A DNA stretch of 63,600 nt, the filler included, from Piedraia hortae CBS 480.64 (taxonomy: Eukaryota), in assembly GCA_010093745.1 (NCBI GenBank). It is 3 parts of 3 records of this genome, joined end to end, with 100 filler letters (N's around TTAATTAATTAA, not from the genome) between each part and the next. Parts side by side here need not be neighbours in the genome. Positions count along the whole stretch, not along the records: positions 1 to 31,143 come from MU006055.1; 2 more parts are not named here. The stretch is one strand, 5' to 3'. The translations under genes and the position numbers were made by a program. Position 1 is the first letter of the stretch, and the number at the start of each line of letters is the position of its first letter. Shown in pieces: positions 1 through 12,300 of this stretch. Below the pieces are notes generated by a model. That model was not told the DNA's origin. It made no database searches and was given only the letters and a program-made list of their open reading frames with translations.

Positions 1-59
1 GTCAACTAGTTTTCCGTAGAGATTTGTATGCAGGTACACATCTGCTCACAATTATAATA
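1..59. repeat. Contig-start repeat, copy A (identical to 31248-31306)
   Basis: GTCAACTAGTTTTCCGTAGAGATTTGTATGCAGGTACACATCTGCTCACAATTATAATA matches the start of contig 2 exactly, then the two diverge abruptly. Confidence 0.95.
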
Positions 60-1153
60 ATTGTGTGCACAAATGGATAACAGAGTAAGAGTGAGAACAG
101 AGTGGAATCGCAGTTCCAATCTCAGTGAATCGGTTCTATGGAATCTCTAGGATACAAAAGGGAATTGGAGATAGATCCTGAATCTCACCGGCATGATCCG
201 CGCTGCGGTGACAGGGACTCTGTCACGGAACCATATCACAGCCACGTGACCCGACACCTCACCTCCAGTCCATAGCGTTGTTACCTCTTCCGTAAGGCAC
301 AACACAGTTATAAGCATAGCATCGTCCGCGACGTGACAGACTCTCTTCCATGACATCCTGCAGGTTTTACCCCAACGAACCATGGGCCGCGAAAATGCCT
401 ATGACATGTCATTGGGAGTGCATTTGCCACCATACAAGTGTGACCGCGATATATAGGGAAAACTTCAAATAGGAGAAAATCTAGGGAACTCCTGCGGTGC
501 ATGCCACGTGCTTATAGCAACGAGGCTTCATCCCAACAAAGTTCACCTTAGTTGGAGGTTTTTGGCTTTTTTCTGCAACAAGTGGATGCTTTGTGGCGTT
601 TTTGTGCTCTGCGCCCTCGGCAGTCAATCCCTGCAATCTCGTTCCAACCACGATCTAATAGCAAGCGAACGAATATAGAGAGGTATTTCTGACGATAATG
701 GTGTGTATGTATGATTACAAGGACCAGGAGGGTGTGAGGATGCGAATGGTGGCGAATATGTGTGTGTGTGCGTGCCCGTAAGAAGACAAGTTAAGAAAAA
801 ATTATAGTGAGTCTTCAGGCACCAACCCTAGGCACTGTCGCGGCTAATACCGGCCAACGCGTACTCTGATAGGCATCACGGGTCGGTTTGACCCCAGAAC
901 TGCGCGGGCCAGTCCTCATGTCTGAAGTTGATACCCCGGAATCCCAACTATTTCTCCTTGATTACTTTCCTTTACGGCCCTGCCTGTAGCCCCTTCTCCG
1001 GAACTAACAATTCGAACAGATTGGGCTTCAATACGCTCCCGCTACGCATATCAATTTCCATGGAATGCAGAAAAACCGTTCATTCATCCCAAATACGATA
1101 CCTACAATATGTCTGATAACGGTCCTTGTTACCATGACAGTGATCGCAAAAGC

Positions 1154-1948
1154 ATGCGGAACACTAACCTCGCCAAGTCTGCAATGCCGTTGGCGGATTA
1201 TTTTACCTCAAAGCAACATCAAGATCGTAAGAGAACATTAGGAGAAGTGGAACATAACGCTCAATCGCCTATCGCAAGGCTGAAGTAGCGTCCAAGGAAG
1301 AGAAGGGTGGTCGGGGCTGATTTGGAACCACAAACCCCTGATCCATCCGATGCTGTTAAGCCTTATTATAAGAATGATCCCTTACCACCACCACAATTGG
1401 ATCCGATCACCGCAAATCCCCCAAGCTCATTCAGCCAAGGAGAAGCAACAGTGGTCGTTGCTGATCAAGAGTCAGAATTGGCTGAATTCTCTGAGAAAGA
1501 GCTTGGTGATAAGCTTCTATTCCTAGGTTCAGATGTTGAGCAGAGCGACGATGAGACTGAAAATGAAAGTGAGTGGGGCAAAGAGGCCGAGCAATTCGAT
1601 GCAGAGAACGCCGAAGTCCACCATCCCCAATCTTCTCGTGGTTATTGCGCGCCCCCTGATTTAATGGTAGTTGAGCCTCCTGCAAGCCCTTCCTATTGTT
1701 GAGATGTATCGGTGCCATACCTCGACCTGATAACAAAGACTATACAAAGAAATATCCCGTATAGCAAAATGCTCAAAGAGCATAATAAAGAGGACAGTGC
1801 GGCAATGGAGTTATGTTTGAGACTGTCTGAACAAAGAAGCTACTTGTATATAAGCTCGCTGCTCAACATCAAAAAATGCAACTTTGTTAAAAACTTAATC
1901 TTCAGAACGATTACGCTACGCAAAAACTGTTCTCCAACAAGGGTATGA
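1154..1948 (+). pseudogene. Decayed ORF of unknown function (acidic middle region)
   Basis: ATG 1154 and ORFs 1307-1702 and 1712-1948 lie in one frame, interrupted only by TAG 1286-1288 and TGA 1700-1702. No family recognised. Confidence 0.35.
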
Positions 1949-3126
1949 TAGTATAACTGACACATCAGGTAATGTCATCAACCGTAGCGGGTTTTTTTTT
2001 TTTTTTTTTTTTTTTTCTTGGCAATACTGTTGACTGAAATGACGCCCTGCGGCTATAACCAGGATTGAGGGCGATCAGCTCCATGTTTTAGATTGCTGTC
2101 AGGCAAAGCAAGCAGCAAAGCAGCACACCGAAGCCTTGCCATCTACATCGACAACAGTTGCCGTGTCGGGCTCATTGCAAACATGCTAAACCATGCCCTT
2201 GAATTTCCATCGCTATTGTGCTCTTGTATAGCGCGATTACATATAAGAACGAAGCATACTGGCTTGGAAACAACCCAGTGTGCACCGCGTAAAAAGACAA
2301 GCCTCTCAATGTTCCGCAAAGGCCCTATCGCCGAACTGCAGCATGTTCACAAATGTCAAAAACTTCTCACACATCATCCTAACTTGCCTGATTGAAAGGC
2401 CCTTTGGATCAAAAGCTGCTCAGGCATTTGAGTTGTGATTGTGGAGAGAAAGTAGTTGACAAGCGACGTGTGTGGAGTCAAGTTCGAGGGGACCCTCCGC
2501 TCTAAATCAACCTTGATCTTAGTTTCTATATGTGGGAAGTGATGGGAACGCGCTGTAGGATTTGGGGCGTCCAGTATGCTTGTGATAGCTTTTGCTATAC
2601 TATATAGCAGGAACTCCAGGTTTTGAACAGCGTGAAGGCACCGTGGTACTACGGTTATTATAAAAAGTTATATGTCATACCTGCAGAGCATGTTACCATA
2701 ATGTAGCCTTAATAGACCATGGCTCTTATTTCACAGGTCAGAAAGGAGCAGCAGAGGAGCGTCGATAGATCTGGCTGCGGCTATAAACCTAAGTACAATT
2801 TAGAATGGGTAACTGGGCGCGTGCAATCCATGTCATCGGCGTACGTTACGCAGATCAACGTACGTGGCACCGCCAGGGTATGCCAACAGTTCTAGGGTGT
2901 CAAGCTATTCTTGCGTGGTGGAAGCAGTCAGAATCCAATAGCATAATAGTAGCATAGCAGCATAATGGCATATTCTAACTGAGTAACTGCATAACAGCGT
3001 AACAGCGCGGCAACGTTGAAAGCGCGTATGGCTTTATATAATGTGCATTATATTCTCGTGAAGTTTCGGTTAAAACATTTGATCGGTTGGACACCACGCA
3101 TCGAGATTGCTCCGGATACCTGCCCT

Positions 3127-3162
3127 ATCAGGTCGTGGCGATATCTATCGCCACGACCTGAT
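3127..3162. repeat. Perfect 17-bp inverted repeat with 2-nt spacer
   Basis: ATCAGGTCGTGGCGATA-TC-TATCGCCACGACCTGAT. Confidence 0.95.
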
Positions 3163-3448
3163 CAACCCATGGATCCAGGTCAGGGCTAGGCAGCACTCGC
3201 CATGGAGGTGGAGAAATCCACAGTACAATGCGGCAGAAAACTGCTATCTTCACCCTGGGTAAAAATCAGCAAGGGCCTTTCTCACATGTTCAAATTTCAA
3301 TTACTATAGCATACGTTGCAGTGCAGTTCTCCTGGCAATTTTCACAGCAGATTCAAGAAAGAAACTTCAAATTTAGCGACACGGACCGACTGCATCGCTC
3401 AGTAAAAGGAATCAGGACCGTTGGAAATTTGAACAATTTCAGTTTCAT

Positions 3449-6400
3449 TCAGAAGGAGTCTTTGCCCGTGAAATACAGCACAGTAAAACCAGTCTCTTCA
3501 TTGGGAAAAGTCATTGTTCGCCCGCACGAGAACCAATCATACCATCTCAGCAGATCAGGGCGTTTGAACATCTTCCGACCATTGACAGTGATCCACTGGT
3601 ATGTAGGGTCCAAGGCCCAGATTTGTCGGTCTTGGAACATCGAAGTTGAGCTTGTCGAGGCGGAAGAGTCCGCCTGCGTTTGGGGCTGATTGTCTTCGTT
3701 GGCTGCTAACCTATCCACGACAGGCAGGAACGCTGACGACACAAAGTGACCATCGATAGGTATCGAACCATATTCAGGGCCCTCAGCGAGTGTGCGCACA
3801 ATGCACGCCTTTTCAATATCCCATTCATATAACTTATAAGAGTGCCAAGTGTAGAGCATCCGACCGTCTGCTGAGAAACATGCCTCATACATTGTCTCTT
3901 CAGAGCTCAGTACCAGCGGGGTTTGTGACTTCGGTCCCCAGATCCTTACTGTCTTGTCGTATGATGCCGATGCAAAGTTCTGCCCATCTGGAGAAATCGC
4001 TATATTGTAGATTATTTCCGTATGACCGGTGAATTTTTCTCGCAGAAGTCCACGTTCCAGATCAATAGCCCATATCTGACCGTCGCGCAAACCGCAAAGG
4101 AGTGTTTTGTTGTCTGGGGATAACGCAAGAGCAGTAACATATCTCGGTCTGTCTTTTAACTCTCTCAGTTCATCTGCATCCATGTCCCAAATCAAAACCG
4201 CGCTGTCGTTGCGAAAAAGGGGTTGGTATATGCAGGCAACAACCACAAAACGACTGTCCGATGAGATCAGGATCTGCCTGGGATAGTACATATAGTGATT
4301 TATAAGCCTGTGATCTGTTAACCGCCGTTCGCAAATTCGCGTTTCAATGTTCCAAACGCTGAGATGGTTTCCATAACTCCATGAGGCGAGTGATCGTCCA
4401 TCCGTTGACAGTGCAAGAGTAGCGGGACCAGTTCGATGGTGCGGGGTCTTCAAGGCTAGATCCAGGTCCAGCTGTATAATTCGTCCATTATGATACCCCG
4501 CCCAGATTGTCTTCCCGTCGCGCGATGATGTCGTGGCTGTGACGCGGCTTCCCAATCCCAGTTTCATCGGCCCTTGTTGCGTTTGAAAGTCGTAGAGATA
4601 AAGACCAAACCAGTCACCAAAAAGAACTTTCTGGCTGTCTGGCGTTACCATGAGAGAATAGACACGAGAATTTCGCTTGATCTGGTCCACTTGGTGGGTG
4701 GTGCAGTGAAACACCGATATCGTGCCAGAGAGAAAGACCACGAACTTGCCATTTGGCGAGATGGTGATGCGCTCGATATCAGCACCAACTTGGTATACCA
4801 TCTTATGCCCAGCTTGTGGGCTCCATTTCCAGATGTCTGTGGATCCCGACACCAGTGTCTCGCTATCCGACGAGAAGTGCAGGCACCACACTGGAGAGTT
4901 ATGACCCTTAAGCACCTGTCCGGCGCCCTCTTCGGAGTTGTTGTCGGCGTCCCAGATGTAAATCTCGCCGGTGTCCAAGCCCCAAGCGGCATATTGGCCG
5001 TTCGGAGAGACGGAAACGCTTGCTGCAACGCCTGGCAGTTTGATATTAATTGGCCTGGCGTCGTCTTCCAAGTTCCACCTCCAATAATCTCCGGACGACC
5101 CGGCAATGACCACAATGTCTTCTTCAGGGAAGGCTGAAGCGAATATGGGAATAGACCCACCGGATGAGTTAATTTCCGTACTTTTTTCTTCGGTGCCGCT
5201 CTCAACATCCCATAGTCGTGCTGTGTTATCACTGGCAATAGTCACAAGCCTTCTCCCGTCGATCGAAGGCGTTATCGACAGTATATAATCAGAATGCCCC
5301 CTCAGCGTTTGCAACTCAAAGCCCCAATCAGTCGCGACTGGTTGCCAAACTTGCAAAAACTCTTCCTCCTCACTTCGGAAGCTGTTTCGCACGACACTGT
5401 TGCTCGGTGCAGAAGCCACTGCTGAGAGATATGTCTGAAGCGGTGCATCGCTGATCATATTTTGACTTGCTGGGACCCATCTCAGAGCATCGGCGACAAA
5501 GGCGTGTAGCTTGGGCGATGATTGTGACTGCGCAGCGTTAGGCATACTTTCGGCGGACGGAAACAGAAGCAATACATACGTCGATGGCCTCTTGCAGCTT
5601 CTTGAGGCATATTATAAGTTCCCCAAGCTTATCCAGCCAGGCCATTGCCTCTGTCCAATGAAGGAAACATGCGCGCAAGGAACAGTCGACTTTTCCGCCA
5701 TCTTCAAGTGTCTCATTGCTTTTGACTGCATGACTAACCCAGTAGCGGCAGGCGTACTGTACTGACTCAGAAAGGTGCTTTTCGACATGCTCTGCGGACA
5801 CATCTTTGCGTTCCGTTGCTGGATCTTTCTGCTTGCAGACATCGCGGCCAAGCTTGTTCGTGAGCAAGTCTAGACATCTCGTTAGGAGGATACCATGAGT
5901 CTTGCCTTTGTCAATCGAGAACTGGGATTTGTCCTTGAGATTGGGATCCACAAGGAAGTCTCTGAAGGATTCATGATAAATCCGCACCGTGGCTCGAGAG
6001 CCTGATTTCACCTCCTTTCCGCTCGGAAAGTCGATCACCGAACTCAAGGGTTTGAGAGCATTCGGAACAACCATGTTATCTCCATCCCCCAGCAAATCCG
6101 TCAACGCCGGAATCGAGAGGGGAGCACGCAGAACGACAATTGGCTCGATGGCTCGCTTCAAGTGGCCGAGCCACCTTGGATCAACCTTAGAAGCCTGCTC
6201 GAGAATGCCTGAATAGATGCAGTTCAGCCTTTCTGAGCCAGTGAAATTGAGCCGGTCGACCCATTCCCGAAGCTGCCTTCGTGGATCGTTGCTCGCTTCT
6301 CGGAATATCGTGGAGGCTGCAATGAACAGTGGCTTTGATATTTCCACAAGTTTGTCGACAACGCTTTCCCCTGGCCAGTCGTCCTCGAGCTCGTCATAGC

Positions 6401-8113
6401 TGGACTCCTTCCTGCTTTGCTCTCGAAGCCTTCTCAGTTCATCGTGACAGAACAATCTCAAGTCGCCTTCAATGGTACTCGATTGCCAGTGTTCAAGCCT
6501 CTCGTGCTGGAGATCCTTGTGCCCCATCTCGCTTAGCTTATCCCCGATCTTGTTGTCGGACCGGCTCGTCACGAAAACTCTTAGGTTCATGGAGCTTTGT
6601 GCACGAAGACTCGGCCAAAGAGTCATCGCATGGCCTATCGCTCCCCAGTCCTCGCACTCATCAAGAGCATCGATAACAATCACCCGAATGTCCGTCGCAG
6701 AACCCGTGCCATATCCTGAAAGTGGCCCTTTTATGAGCGTATCGAACTGAGTTGTCAGCGGCCTTTCGTTCACCGGAGGGGAGCCTTTGGAGGCGGCAGC
6801 AATCTCGTGGCTGATGCTGGGTACAAAGTCTGCCATCTGACGGGCAATGGTGGGAAAGAGGCTTCGTGCGCGGCACAATTCACCCCGGCCACGCTTGAAG
6901 AAGAAGCTTCCCACCAGGTACCCTTGTTTCGCCAGTTCATCTGCAACGGTTCGAGCAATTGTGGACTTGCCCGTTCCGGCCTTTCCGCACAGCCAGAACA
7001 CTCTCTGATCATTGGCAGTGATGGCCCAGTCCAGGATCTTGCGTTTGATGTCCACCCGTGTACCTGCTAGACATAAATGTAACTCGCCAATGTCGTCGGC
7101 ATTACGATAGTCCATCGAATCGTAAGCTGCCCCAGCAGCCGCCTGTAGAGCATTAAGATCTAGCAGTTGTTGAACGCCCTTGATTCTCTCACTGACTTCC
7201 TCTTGAGCCTTCCTCAACGCCTTAAGCTGCTCATTGACCCATGCCCGCTGCTCCTCTGAGACCTCGCGATCGACAGCTCTTGCATGATGTTCAGCCGTCT
7301 TCAGCACTCCATTGTGATCGATTTCGAAGTTTGGTATAACCACACCAGTCAGAGAATGTACAATACGCTCCCACCGGTTCATCTCGCACGTGTTTCGGGC
7401 ATGCGCAACGAACTTCAGAATGAGGGCATACAGTTTGACCATGTTGTGATACAAGTTCCCAATCGTGGGCGTGCCATCGAGGCGGCCGTATATGTCAAAG
7501 TATACGTTTAGGAGGTAGGTGGTGTCTAGAGCGATTTCGATGCCCTTTAGGATCGATTCCTCCTGATGATGGACCTTTTGAGCAGTCTACGAAGAGGTGT
7601 TACATGGGTTTGCAGTGACTGAACAGCTTAACAGCAACTTACCATCAACAGAAAGCGAATGCCGGCCCACGGTAGGCTAAGAACCTCTGGTTTAACATTG
7701 ATTGCAACGTCAGCTACTGGCGCAAATTGCAGGATTTGACAGGCAATCTTCCTCATGCTGGCAATCCATTGATTGGGCTTTCTGGTCTGATTTTGACTTC
7801 GCAAGGCAAGCACTTCAGCTGCGTCTCTTTCATAATCACCATCGGGTTGGAGTTGCTCCTCAACCAACCTGCGGTCGTCAGGTGAAAGACCGACAAGGGC
7901 ATCAAGCATCATCTGCCTCCTATCTCGAAACGGGTTGTTTGAAACCATCGGTGGAGGCAAAGACTGGACAGGCGCATTTTGTAGCTGCAAGGGCTGTGAA
8001 GGCAGAGCAATGGAAGCGGAGGCCCGCGACGTGGAGTTGAGTGAAGCGGCAATTTGCGATTGTGAGGTCTGCCATGCTCCATCCAATTTCCTGCGCTTCG
8101 ACTCTGCGGGCAT
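3449..8113 (-). CDS. Fungal NLR: NACHT_N/Goodbye-like N-terminal domain + NACHT NTPase + WD40 repeats (HET-E/NWD-like), about 1518 aa, 3 exons
   Basis: Exons 8113-7643, 7586-5580 and 5527-3449 join in frame across GT-AG introns 7642-7587 (56 nt) and 5579-5528 (52 nt). Motifs: N-terminal SLPWAGIRFLL, Walker A GKAGTGKST, Walker B IVIDALDECE, YHESFRDFL, YACRYW, and WD repeats (GHSDYILSITPSIDG...RLWD; GHTEIIYNIAISPDG...RIW). Confidence 0.92.
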
Positions 8114-9331
8114 TCTGGGCGTGGAGAAGCGGTGACAATATCGACCCTGAGTCTAGATGGAGGAAGCCTTTGCAAGGTTTCTCCCCAAGGCTGAGGGCTG
8201 ATGGATTGGGGTAAGAGTGGCGTGCATGCATAAATCGACCGCTGACGTGGAAAGTGATTGGAGCGGATGCCGTTCGCCGCCGAGACTCGCACACAAGAGT
8301 ACCCTATATGAACTACCCAGGGAGACATAATACCAATCCCTGGCCAAAAGCCCAATAGCTTCCAGGATTCTGGCCAGGGCTTGTGGTGGGATTTTGTAGA
8401 ATGACATTTTTGCGTAACGTGAGCGAGACGCCTCCTACTCACCCCTGGATCAGATCGGCTTACTGACATAATTCGAAGTTGCTTAGAGAGGAGATTGCAG
8501 ATTCGGGGTTGCTCTTAAGCGCGCACGATTCTTGTCTGGAAGATTCTGGCGTGATAGGGTTTTCCATGCACGATTCTTGTACTATTACCGCACGGTCCAA
8601 GGAGTTCTACGAACTCTATCTTCCATTCCTTTCCAAGATTACTGCGCTGTTTTCATGTACCGCTCATAAGCGGAAGTTCTACGCGGTACACATACGGTAC
8701 AGTCCTTCACGAGGAACCCCAAAAGCAAGATGCCACCGCTCGCTCTCTTCGCTCTTCGCCGGAGTGATTTCAACCACTTGACGACTTTCCAGATCTTTAG
8801 TTTCCTTCGTAGAAGTCTGGCTGACATCGCTTTGGAGCTTTTTGCGTAGCTGGTCGCAGCGAATATCTGATCCTTGTCCAAACTATTACAGTCGGTTTAG
8901 CCCAAACAGCAAGAGCAGATCCTTGCCCTTCATCCTCCAGTATATCTCTCGACTCAAAGGCTTTCACTTCCATCTCCCTCAATTACTCATGCTTTAGGAT
9001 CCCCGCGTCCGGCTTTCTCTGCTAAGTTTCTCTACCTCCTGATCCTGGTTCCCTGCTGGATGCTGATCGCACGGTCTAAGGCTCGATAACTTACGCTGCA
9101 CGTATTCCGATGTGCTGGAGCCACGCGGCGTAGCGAGACCGACATCGGGCGATAGCTCCAGTGAAGTTACGTTGGGTTCCGCCCCCGCTACCCCACCACC
9201 CCGCCCTCGTCCCGCGGGGAACCCCAGTTAGATCACGGATGGAATTCATTCCGAGAGGCGCTAACCACATTTGGTACTCGACTTCACCTCTCTGCGAAGC
9301 TGGCCTCCAGATCGCAGCACGCAATGCAATA

Positions 9332-12300
9332 ATGTCAACATCACCTCCTCCGAACCCAAGTGCCTCTACATCCACCGACCTCGATATACAGAAACTCCAC
9401 GCCCTACCCTCTGATCAACAACGCCTCTACCTCTTAACCTACACAACCCAACTCGCGGAGCGAATCTCCCCTTCTACAACCCCCCAAACCCTCCTGAAAT
9501 GCGTCACTCTCTCCACCCCAGCCCCCACACGGGTAATGCGAGCCAACCTTGCGCGCGCATACGCCAACCTCTTCGCCGCCTCATCGAAGAACCTCTACGA
9601 GACGATCAACACCCTATCCTCCCTCCTCGGCGGTAAAGAACACCCCGCAACGCAACACGCAGCTGCGACCTGCCTGGCTTCAATATATCTCAGACACGGC
9701 GAGAACGCAGTCTCCCTCGCTCCCCTCGTAACCTCCGCCTTGATAAAATCCCTCCGCACACAGGACGTCGGTCTGCGTGCGGGGGCTTTCCACGCCCTTA
9801 CAGGGATTATCCAAGGCATAAAAGGCTCGATTGACGAAGATTCCGCCCGCGCGGTTTGGAAAGCATGTAGGTCTGCTGCGCAGGGTGATAAAGCCCTCTT
9901 AACCCAGAAAAGGGCATGTGAGTGTCTTGGCACGGTTGGGACGCTGACGAGGTGGTTTGATGATGCTACTTCGGTTGATAAGTTGGTGGGCGCCGCGTGG
10001 AGGGCGATGGAGAGTGGGAGTAGGGATGTCAGAACCGAGGCGGCGAAAACGATTGCGAGAAGGTTGGCGAGGAGTTATGCTGCTGTTGGGACGGCGGCGA
10101 CACCTGCGGTGAGGAAGCAGGTCCCGCTTAGGAAGAGTGGGGTTAAGGGTGTGAAAGAGGAGGAAGGGAGGGAATCCTCTTCGAGGACTGGTTCGAGGAC
10201 GGCTTCCCCCGCGGCGGAGAAGACGCATGCGCTTTCGTTTCTGGAGGTGCTGAAACTGCTGTCGGCACAGTATACGCGCACAACGACGAGTAATCGCGCC
10301 AGGGCGGGGATTGCGGCGGCGTATGTGATGCTGTTTAGGGAGTTGGGGGAGCAGACGGTTGAGAGACATTATGGGGAGATTGCGATGCATTTGTTTACGG
10401 AGCTGCTTAATCATCCAATAGTGCACGTTAACAAGTACAGGCAGATGATGACGAGGCGGTTTGTGGGCGTTATCTTGGAAGGGGTTGTGGGTGGGATGTT
10501 GGGAGAAAGTGCGCAGTTGAATGCCGCAAGGTTTTTGATTAATGATGTTCTCAAAGATTATCCTCAGGCGATTAAAGAGAGGCCGGAGCCGACGAAACAG
10601 ACGCTTACAGGTGCGCTGAGCGCGTTGACGGGGCTGATCGATAGTCTGGATTCTGCTATTGCGGCCATCGCGGATCAGTGTAGAGATGCCTTGCTGCAGG
10701 TGCTCAAACATCCTAATTTCACGGTGCAGGTGCATACAGCTCATGCTCTCAGGGCGTTTGTCCTTGCACATCCGCAGCATTTGCTGTCTGTTGTGACGAT
10801 TTGCATGAACAGTGTGTCAAGAGAGCTTGGCTTGTTGGGTGGGCCTAGACAGGCCTTGAGGCAGTGTATCGGTCATGCGTATGGTTTGGCCGCATTGCTG
10901 AGCACGTCAAGCCACCGACCATTGTACGGTGCAGTGGACGTCTATGCACGAGTCTTCCAGCAGGCGACGGCTCTCCTCAAATCAAGCAGCAACTCGGACC
11001 TTCGCATCTCCAGCTGCCAGGTACAGGTTGCATGGACCATGATCGGTGGCCTCATGTCACTTGGCCCGAATTTCGTCAAGATCCACCTCTCGCAGCTGCT
11101 GATGCTGTGGAAGAATGCCTTGCCCAAGCCCGGCCAGCAGCGGAACATGCTCGAGCTGAGCTATCTCGCCCATGTGCGGGAGTGTGCGTTAGGAAGCATC
11201 AAGGCTTTTCTGACTTTTAATCAGAAGTTGCTGACGGCTGATGTCTCCAGACGGCTGGCTGCCATGCTGGAGAACACGGTCACATTCTTGCAGGGGCTGC
11301 CGGAGAGGAAGACCAGCGAGGACCCGGCAAACAGGCTCACGCCGGCGATGCAGCTGCAGGATTATGAGATGATGGTGCGGGCTCGAGTGTTTCAGTGTTT
11401 CGCCCAGCTGCTCATCCTGAGCCCGGCCGAGAGCGTCGAGGTCAATTCCATTATTCTGCCACTTGCAGTTGCAACGTTCTCGAATTCAGAGTATTACCCA
11501 CCCAGTTCGCTGAACGCGGCCATTGCGAGCGCCGCAGCTCAGTTTGAAAGCATCTGGGATGTAGGCGATAATAATGGCTTCGGCGTAACGGGGCTTGTCA
11601 GGGGCCTGGACGTCGTCGATCCAGTCACTAGACAAGCACGAAAACATTGGTCAAGCAGAGAGGGTTACCTTCACGATATAGACCGCACACTCACATCACC
11701 CATTGGCTGTGCAGCAGAGAATGACCCTACGAGTTGCTATCTCGCCGAATCAGAGTTCAACCCGCCAGGCACCGAGGCTGTCAACTCTGCCATTGCCGTC
11801 TTCAGCCTCTGTCTTCCGCTGCAGTCTCCACGGATCCAAGAGAGTACACTGGAAAGAATTTCTCTCTCCTTGACGGGGACAAGAGATGCTGCCCGCAGAG
11901 CTGCCATCACCGTAAATACTGCTGTAGCCTTGGCTACCGCATCTAGCAGTGCCAAGGGCGATCTCAGCCACTCAAACACGCAAAACGCACTCACATCGCT
12001 GCTGCACATTTGCCTCAAAGACGCCGATCAGGCTGTTCGCCAGCTAACGGCAGAGGCGATCGGCGCGTTCTGCTCCGCGTCTGGCAACGTGAAGGCAGAA
12101 GTGACTTATCTCACAGAGACGATAGTGAGCAATAGAGAACCGCATGTGCGTGCTGGCTGTGCACTGGCGCTCGCCGCCATCCATTCGCAGCTCGGCGGCA
12201 TGGCAGCGGGCTTCCATATGAAGCAGATTGTCAGCATCTTAATGTCTTTAGCGGCAGACACTCACCCGCTGGTCCACTGCTGGGCGCTGGACGCTCTCGC

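Noticed and set aside
7643..8113. Amyloid signalling motif (HET-s, sigma or PP type) at the NLR N-terminus
   Set aside because: The N-terminus is S/P/Q-rich but lacks recognisable G/N/Q amyloid repeat patterns, and no adjacent HeLo/HELL effector gene was seen.
8560..9000. Short minus-strand ORF fragments between the NLR and LAA1
   Set aside because: No recognisable family or consistent frame, so a call cannot be supported.
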